A stretch of 56,986 nucleotides of DNA, the filler included, from Sphacelaria rigidula (lineage: Eukaryota), in NCBI GenBank assembly GCA_964200075.2. It is 6 parts of 6 records of this genome, joined end to end, with 100 filler letters (N's around TTAATTAATTAA, not from the genome) between each part and the next. Parts side by side here need not be neighbours in the genome. Positions count along the whole stretch, not along the records: positions 47,574 to 56,986 come from CAXNAA020008560.1; 5 more parts are not named here. One strand, written 5' to 3'. Below, piece by piece: positions 48,537 to 56,986 of the stretch. The notes under the pieces were generated by a model. The model searched no databases. It was not told the DNA's origin and saw nothing but the letters and a program-made list of their open reading frames with translations. Within the stretch, counting starts at the first letter, position 1. The number at the start of each line of letters is the position of its first letter. The position numbers and the translations under genes are program-made.

Positions 48537-51500
48537 CTCTAAGCGCTCGTTATCATCCACAGTGGCCGCCTCCGTCGCCGCCATCGCATCAGCGTCCACC
48601 ACCAACTCTTTTTGTTCGCTTCCACCATCAACAGCAGACTTCCCCGTCCCAGCTGCACTCCCCTTGCCCTCGACGTCTTCAGAGCTTGCACTGTCGCCGC
48701 CATCCTTACCCCCTGCGCTCGTGACAGAGTTGTTGCTTACTTGGTCGCCGCCGCCGCTGCCACCGGCACTGCTGATGCCATTCTTGGTGATGGCGTCAGC
48801 TTCATCATCCCTCTCGTTGCCGTCACCACTGTGATCACTGCCGCTGATCACGTCGGTACAGACGGTGGCGGTAGTAGTCGTCGTCGTCGTCTGGCCTGCG
48901 GTTTTCCTCATGTTTTCCATATTCGGCGGGAGGGGCGGCATCTTGCCTTTGTCGCACCACACTGCCCATTTCTTGGTTGTTGCGGTGGTGGTGGCGGCTA
49001 TCGCGACAGCGTTACCTTCGGCTGAGACGTCCCCCTCCAGCCCGCCCCTCACCGTTTCGGACGGAGCTGAACCATCCGACGACCCACGTGATCGTGCTGG
49101 ACCAGGCCTATGTGTGGTTGAAACAAATAATTTGATTGACGAGCAGCAAGAAGCGAACGAGTGAGAGGACGAAGGTTAGAATGCGTAGGATGAATGAGAG
49201 GCCAAAACGCTCTTTCGACGTGATGATAAAAGTGTGATGGCATGTTGTGGGATTGAGAGGAACTGGAACGTCGGTGCAAGTTCTGCTGTTACGCCAGCGG
49301 AATCACGTTGGGCGTACGGTTGGTTGTCCTGTCCTTCCAGCCCAACCGCATACGGGTGGCTCGTGCAGCATTGTTTCCCTCGATGGTGCAGGTTGTTGAT
49401 CGCTTGAATGGGAAATAGCTTTGCGAGGAGGGGGCGGGGGGAGGGGGCGGCAACGTGGGGGCACGCTAGCGCAGGCGAATCAAAGAGCGCACCGGCAGAC
49501 GAACGATACCACGAAGGTAGCATCACAAAGTGTCGAGGCCGCGTGTTTCTTTCAGACTTCGGCCCTTTTACTAGGTAACAACCGGCTAACAGCCATAATG
49601 TACCAAGCAAGACAACACGCACACGCAACGGCAACCGACAGTAGCACCATGACACCAATGTAGCAAACGAGTAAGCAGGCACCCTGATAAACAACCCCCA
49701 CCACCCGCACGACGGTCCATCGTCAAATGATTCAGGCAAGCAACAAATGAGTACGCCGCCCCCGCACCCCCATGACATACAACAAATAAACGCAGACATT
49801 ACGCGAATCGAAAAAACACAGGACCAAACTCACCGCCTCGCCATGTACGGATTGATTCCGCTGCGCCGACGCGCCCCCACCTCGATACCACAAAGCCCGC
49901 CCACGGCGCCGCCGCCGCCGCCCCCGACTTCACCCCCACCGCTCCCCCCACCACCTCCCACACCTACCGCACGCCCGCCTCCCGCCACCACAGGCCACGA
50001 CGGCATCATCGCTACGGTACTAGCTTCGCCGCCGCCGCCGCCTCCTGCCGGCCGGCGCTGTTGCGGTTGCTGCTCCCACGAGACGCTCGATACGCGCTGG
50101 GGAAGCTTGCCGACTCCGGTGGGAGTGCAAGGTGCAGAGAGGGATTGTGACGCGCCTGCATCATTGCCGCCATCGCCGACGGCGCCTCCCGCCGCCCCTG
50201 TGGCTTGCTCGCGGGCGTGCATCGACATCACCGCGGCACCGCCGTCGGTGCTGAGTCTGGCCTGGGAATGAGTAACCGGCCCACCGACTATCCCGATATC
50301 GTTCAAGAGCTGGAGGATAACGGTACGCTCGCGGCTGGGGTATCTAGTAGTGGAGCCGCTAGTGCTGCGGGTTGGTTCCCCCCCGGCGGTGGTGGTGGGG
50401 GAATTCGTTCCTGCCAGTGCGTCGAACTGGCTGAACATGTCCAACACTGCTGCAGTGCCGTTGCCTGTGTGCGTGTTTGCCCTCGATCTGGCTGCAGTGT
50501 GTCTACTTGGGGAACAAGCACATGCCCGTGAGGGGGCGGCGAGGGGTGGGGGGGCAGAGAGCGCTTATCAGTGTGTGTACAAGAACAGCTGTTGAAACGT
50601 GGCTTGGGGTCCAAAACGAAGAACGACATACGTGCGAGTCCATGTGTGTACATCACGAAACGCGTGCCATTGCCGACATTATTCTCGGGAGACTCATAGA
50701 TACGAGAATCTCCATTGTAGCCGGCGAGTTCTACGCGACAGAAACCTCTGGCAGAACCTATGATGTGCAGGCCGGTCCCACTTTCTCTTTTTTTCCCACA
50801 CTTTGAACCCCTCCCCTTCCTCGGGATGAGTCTGTGGTCTTAAGGGATCAACCCATCTCTCCCGCACCGCGTTAACTCACGTCACACCAACTCAGTCGAC
50901 TACTTTTGTTCACTCACCTTCTCACGCTTTCCACAGTGGAAACCATACATCACGAAGAAAACCCAAGGCATCGGGAATCGAACACACTGCTTGACGCAAA
51001 CCGGTGTTTCCGGCGCAAATGGGACGAACAGCAACACACGAGAATCGCTTCCCTGCAACCGTATACCCAGCCTGGTGTGTGCCGCGCGCTCTAATATGTC
51101 ATTCAGGACCTTTGAATCATTTCACACGGACTGTCCTGGAACATCAAATACGGTCTGGTAGCAGGTCTGTAGTAGTTTTCAGCTGAAAGAGGGCATTATC
51201 GTAATGTTTTCGTAGTCTGCGATTTTGACTAATTTTTCGCGTGTGCCATCGCTCAGCCCAGTGAACGTTTGATTCCGAAGTTTGGGGATCGGGAGATACT
51301 AGGCATTCGCTCCACATTTTCATACAACAAGCATCCTGCGCTCAATTTTGAACGACTTACGGGCTGAATTGGCAGGGGGTGTTAATGACCGTCCTTGGTT
51401 CAAGACACATTTCTTTTCGGCTCTAGCGCATTGAATAGGGAAACATGAAAAAAAAACAAGTCTGTAAAATTGTTGTCTTGTTGAGAGTCATCAGGATGGA

Positions 51501-54500
51501 TTCATCCCCCCACCCCATCTCACCCCCACCCCCACCCCCATATACTACGCAGAGCTCGGTTGGGTAATTTTGTAATTTTCGTAGTTGGGTACATTTCTGA
51601 ATTTTTTCGTACAGTTCTTCCTTAGCACTCGAAAGTCCTAGCGTCTATAGATATTGGGGGAAAGGAGCAGGTCGTGCTCAAGACACAACCCTCAATTGTT
51701 GTTGTCGGGATGATATGGAGTAAATATTCCGTTCATCGGGGGGATGTTATCGACCGTCACTGGTCCAAAAAGACAGTTTTTCGGCTCTTGGGCAACGAGG
51801 AGGTAAAAATTGGAAAAAAACATTGCTTTACATTTGTTCACGAGAACGATCGGGATTGCTTTAGTCGAGAAAAAATACCCAAGGGTTAAAACCTGGGACT
51901 GGGTAGTCACAGGACCCCCGAAAACCGGTCAGTTCGCAAGCCGTTCGAAACTGAGTGCAGAGATAATGTTCGTTCGGAATATGGAGCGGGTACCTAGTAC
52001 CTCCCGATCTCCAAACTTTGGGATCAAACCTTCGTTGGGAAAAGCGGTGGCACGCGAAGACACTACGCCGACTACGAAAAAATTACAAAAATCCCCCATT
52101 TCAGCTGTAAACCACCGTAGTACAAGAGATCAACATGCTTCAAATCTTGCTCGATTATTCTAGAAGATGGCAGGAGCGCAACTGACGTCAAAGCGACAAC
52201 AGCGATAGCTCTTTCAGCTACCAACTCGCCACGGTTCGAAAGTCACGGCTAGAACACATGAAGGATGAAATGTCTACAATAATGCACGGGTTTTCCAACC
52301 GTTGAAAACCTATCTACATACCCTGGGTTCCTCACGCGAGGTTTGAGATTCGAGGACCTACAGGCTGGGCCAGCCTACAAGCGGAATTGTACTTTGCAGG
52401 CGAATTCGCAATTTCTTTTTGTAGTTGGAAAGTGAAATTTGGTTTGGACAATCAAGAGGGCATGAAGAAAAGCTGTCTGCGAGGTCCCAACGATGTTTTT
52501 TTTTCGTGAGTTGAGGGTATTTCACTAAAACCTGCTTCATGCTCTGTTGATTGTCCATACCAAATTTCACTCTCCATCTCCAAAAAATGCGAATTTACCT
52601 TTGAAAAACCGAGGCGGCGGAAATTCGGAGCAGTTTTTTGAAGGCCGTTTATCGGCCCACGTTTGGTGTTTGTGGGTTGAAACTTTGTGCGGGACCTGCC
52701 TAGGTCGTGATGATGGACCAAGAAAAATGGGGGAGGTTTGGTTTTATTATTTTCTTCACTGATTGAGGGCGTTTTAGTATGGTAAAGATCATTTTCTTAC
52801 GTGAACGTCCGAACCTCTCATGAAAAAAAAAAGAAGCCCTTTTTTTTTTACTCAGCATACCTCTGTCGTTCTCCATGACAAGTTTCAAATCATAATTCTA
52901 AAAAGTGAGCTGAAAAAATGAGATAGGGCCCAAGAGCAATGTTCATTTCTCCTCAAAACCCGCCCAAAAACACGAAAAAACATGAGAAAAAAACGAAAAA
53001 AAAAACGAAAAAGCTGTGTTTTTTATTTCATTATGCACTAGCAGTCCTCCCTACCAAATTTCATGGCACAACTCTCAAAAACTGAGACGCGATATCCAGA
53101 TTTAGGTCATCTAGTGCCTCTGCTCGTAATATATTGATTTTAGTATGGAAACATATGTGCGCGATTTCTCGAGATAGATGACGAATTAGGTGAAAGTGAG
53201 GGTATCTATCGTCTCCCCGTGCTCCAGGGAAGGTCCACACCAAAAATCGTCATCATCCGCTTGATCGATCGTTTTGAGCAAATGGGCGCTATCTCCGCTA
53301 GGTATAGGAATTACTATACATGGGGTTTACTTGACGAGCAGATGGGCACCTAACTTTTGAGCAAATGGGCACCTTCCCCTTGATTAGACGATTAATACGA
53401 TATGCGGATCACGGCCCAACTCGTCTGTGTCGTTGAGATATCGCTTTGAGAGCTTAAATCCGTTTTTAGGCTGGCCCAGCTCGTACAGTTTGAGAAGAGG
53501 TACGCATCGACAAATTCATGGCCATCATTACCGAGTTTCTTCTTCAAAATATTACGGAGAATAGGGCAAGTCTGATTTTCGGACATCCATTCGGATTGAT
53601 CCAACTCTGAAAACACGGAAAAATGATGGGCTCCAACTTGTTGATGTCCCTCTCCTCGAAACTTTAGGATTCTCCTCGAAAAACTCGCGTGAAAAATTGC
53701 CCGTGAGACTTCCTTGGGGTCGACTAGCGGCACCAGCCTATAAGCGATGCTCAGCGAAAAAAATAAAGGAATAAAAGCACATAACACCACCTCCCTCCCC
53801 CCCCTTATTCCGCCCTCTCGTCTGTTTCCCACCATCTCCCGCCTAAACATCTGAGACAAAGAGGCAAGACACACCTCGCGCGAGAGCGGCACAGAGCATG
53901 CCCACCGCCCAGAAACTCCCCGTTACCCACGGCCACCGCTCCCTCCTCTTCATCTCTCTGAGTGCCGCACATCTTCCTCCAACTCCCACCGTTTTCGCTT
54001 CCCCCGCCTATAGACGGCGTCCTCCCCAGCGACGCGGACAAGAAAGCGCTGACATTACCCATCGGCCGCTGCCGTACGGGAGATCCGACCTCATACACAC
54101 TCCCGGAACGTGCGCCGAGGACCATCATCCCCCTGCTTCCGGGTGATAAAGTGTTGCTGCTAATGCTGGTCTGCCTCGACGTCGCCGCGGACGTTCCTCC
54201 GCCGCCACCGTTGATCGGAGATCTTGCTCCACTGCCGCCACTGCCGCCACCGCTTCCTAGTCCCCGTTTTTTTCTTACACCGCCGACGGTCCACCTTGAC
54301 CCTCGCCCGCTGCTGGGGTTGTTGTCGGAAGCCGCGGCGGCGGCCATTGCTGCCCTCGGAGTCACGCTGCTGTCGCGAGGCGAACGGGTGGCATCAAAGC
54401 GGTGCAGCAGACCGCGGAGGGAAGAACCCGGTCCGGTCGTCAATCGGCGATTGCTCTTGCCGGCGGTAGCGGTGGCAGCGGCGGCGGCTCCGGAGCCTAG

Positions 54501-54635
54501 TCCTAGGCTAACACCGAGGCTTACCCGTCCGGGTGGATGGTAGTTGTTGCCCTGGGCGCTGCGGACGCTGCTGATAGAATCATTTGGCGAGCTGCCCATC
54601 ACGGCCGCCGCTACCGCTGCATCAAAGGTTGACCT
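48537..54635 (-). CDS. Partial low-complexity (G/S/A-rich) hypothetical protein, internal exons
   Basis: Exon 54635-53875: CAG|RSTFDAAVAAAV...CRSRA|GTGTGT. Exon ~50491-49834: ...VLDMFSQFDALAG...INPYMAR|GTGAGT. Exon 49107-48537: TAG|PGPARSRG...KKWAVWCDKGKMPPLPPNME...DDNERLE|GTACG. The last two join in phase. The first junction needs an extra exon or a different acceptor. Confidence 0.68.
49714..49770 (+). mobile_element. 3' tip of the poly(C)-tailed LINE
   Basis: GGTCCATCGTCAAATGATTCAGGCAAGCAACAAATGAGTACGCCGCCCCC, with CCCGCAC on both sides. Confidence 0.8.
50810..51000 (-). mobile_element. SINE-like family B copy with internal deletion
   Basis: CCCCTTCCTCGGGATGAGTCTGTGGTCTTAAGGGATCAACCCATCTCTCCC joined directly to GCACCGCGTT. 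Confidence 0.7.
51220..52070 (+). repeat. Dispersed repeat; uninterrupted paralogue of 25221-26965 and 28080-28260
   Basis: Colinear similarity. The C-rich tract at 51506-51540 corresponds to the LINE insertion site in contig 3. Confidence 0.85.
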
Positions 54636-54699
54636 CTGCGGCAGCGGGGCAGCAGGGGGTTTGATCAGTACGAGGGTAAAACACTGTCGCCATAATACC

Positions 54700-55118
54700 T
54701 GTAAGGAGTCATCTAGAGCATACTTTGTGAAAACGGGGTAAATCGCATAGCACTCTAACTTTCCCACCGCTGGAGAACACGTCGGTCGGTCATTTTTTTC
54801 TTCACAAAGACACTTATCTACAAAACCTGAGATTAATTCGCCATTTTGCGCCGTACGCTGAAAAACGAACATCTCCTTACGCTTATCTCGGAATGTCGAC
54901 AATACGCAACGGGAAGAACCAATTGCGAGCTAGTGTGATAAGTCAGACACGGTCGTGAAGACTCGATGTAGCAAAATGAAAAAATGATGCAAGTCGAAGG
55001 GCTGCAGGCGTCCCGTCCCGACGCTCAATTACAAAATGTCAGGGACGCACCACGGGGGGGGGGGGGGATTTGACAAGAAAACAAGGGAAGAAGATCCCGC
55101 ACACAAAATAAAAAACAG

Positions 55119-55151
<33 letters not shown>

Positions 55152-56405
55152 TTTGACAAGAAAACAAGGGAAGTAGATCCCTCAGCTCTCTCTCCCTCTC
55201 TCGCCTCCCCCCACCCCGCCCTACAGCATGAGGATAAGAAGATGAGAGTTGCGAAACGAACCAATATTCAATTAACAGTCTAGTCCAGTTAAGCACGGGT
55301 TGGTGAAGTCACGGTCAGTATTGCGTGTGCGGGAAAATAGCTCCTGTATATAAATCGCGATGCGTTGTGTACTGAAGTGTTTTCAACTGCCTCCCCACCC
55401 CCCACCCCCTGACCGTTCCATTCTGAATAGCCTCAAGGAAAAAAATGTACACCATGGCCTCTGTGAGCAGCTGCGTCAGCTTCAGGACTAGTACAACGTA
55501 CATCCACAACTGATAACCAGCAAACGCATCGGGCGCATTTTGCTGAAGAACGTCAATAAAAGCGGTGTGAAGGTCTCCACGAGCAGCTGCACGAACTACA
55601 TACAGAATTGATACAATGCACTCGGGCACTACCCTCGGTGAGCTGTCTCCAGGCAATCCCAAAACTCAGCCGCTTCACCGGTGTTATTTTTTAATAGATC
55701 CCCACATTAGTTCGATCTTTTCTACCCAACTCGCGGTCAACTCGTGCCAGCCAATCTCTTGCAAACAGTAAACATCTGTGCTCCGAGCCTTGTGACACAG
55801 TCTCAAACACCTTAACCAACTTCTGATTCAGAGGTCGGACTACACCTGGCAGCGTAGTCACTGGAATTTAGAGCACCCCCCACCGTCCCGCCAAAATTTG
55901 GGCTGAACTGAATGTTCTCAAATATGGTGCAATCTTATATTTCCATGCCACTCCTTGGAAGAATCACACAAAACTATTTAAAAAATTACAATACCTTGAG
56001 GACACATCTAGGGTCATTTCTGGCAGCGGTCACGCCCAGTATATCTTCTATTCGGCCGTCGGGCATGTTCTGCTTGAGATGTCTCAGCGCGTTCTCTCGG
56101 AAAGGGAAAGACAACTCCAGCTCTTCGAGCAAGGCCTGTGTTTCCTCTCACACGCAGATCAGCCAGGGAAAAACAACACGCAAAGCGACGCGCATCGAAC
56201 AAAACAAAACAACACGGGACATTTCGGGAAGGTTAACGACAAAGGATACGCGCGCTTGGTTGGTATACAAGAAAAGCAAAGACAAAAAAAGCGACATCAT
56301 CAGTGGTTGCTCACGACTCCCGCTATAAATAAAGACCACTACAGGTACGCAGAAGACTGTCTGATCCATACTCATCGACACAGCCGAGGTCCATTCATTG
56401 ACCAT
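54700..56405 (-). pseudogene. Coding-like segments of unknown family (exons or a decayed gene)
   Basis: Protein-like stretches separated by stops and frameshifts: ALLEELELSFPFRENALRHLKQNMPDGRIEDILG (56135-55995), GVVRPLNQKLVKVF...LFARDWLARVDRELG, GDLHTAFIDVLQQNAPDAFAGYQLWMYVVLVLKLTQLL (55586-55414) and FVFQRTAQNGELISGFVDKC. Confidence 0.4.
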
Positions 56406-56986
56406 CCTCCCTGCAATCCCTCCTCATTCTCGTCACATTTATCGACCATCCTCATCCCTCATTCGCTTGCAAGATTCCTTCATTTCTCCACTCATTACCT
56501 ACACGCGAACAAGAATCGACATTTCTCCTCCCAACTTCCCTTTGATTACTCATCATCGTTCGCCGGTATGTCCTAGCACAGCGCCAAGAAATTGAGATAA
56601 CACTCGTGAATTCCCATCGTCAGGCTTCAATGTTCTCAACTGTGTCCCTCGTTTTCACATTTTTGCTCATCTAGTAGCATCAACATTGCGCATGTGTAAT
56701 TTTGTTTTTTAGTTTAACGTTTACTCCATGACAGCTTGTGCTCGAAACAACCTTATTGAACAGCGTGTCGATTTGTTTCCAAAAATACACATGAGAGGTA
56801 CACCACATTACACCTCGATAGGATCAACCTCGGCACGTGTGTGAGCCCTCCCCCGGCCGATGTTCATGCACTCTATGTCATGGGAACAAGAAAGTCCCCC
56901 CTCCCCCCCTCCCCCTCAGCCTGGTCCGGCGAAAACCCGGCGTGCTCCGTCCCGGCTTTGTACGGGCGGACGCCCGATAGGGTTGG

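Overview
Eukaryotic, intron-rich and repeat-rich nuclear DNA, almost certainly from a brown alga (Phaeophyceae). The evidence is a spliced mannuronan C-5 epimerase gene and a gene with a stramenopile-type bipartite plastid-targeting leader. The window is not one locus. It is six contigs of 9416, 9415, 9414, 9414, 9414 and 9413 bp, apparently sorted by length and joined by artificial 100-nt spacers (N44-TTAATTAATTAA-N44), so adjacency across spacers means nothing. Genes reconstructed from GT-AG sites and phase: a partial hypothetical gene (contig 1), an apparently complete 6-exon plastid membrane protein (contig 2), four exons of a mannuronan C-5 epimerase (contig 3), a gene with a ~2.8-kb low-complexity terminal exon (contig 4), a six-Cys-repeat protein (contig 5) and a low-complexity gene (contig 6). 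The rest is mostly degenerate LINEs, tRNA-type SINEs and MITEs. The most interesting signal is a non-LTR retrotransposon family seen as eight 3' ends plus one RT-bearing copy. Its ORF stops 5 nt before a poly(C) rather than poly(A) tail, its target duplications begin with CCC(C), and it sits in C-rich tracts, with an empty paralogous site present in the window.
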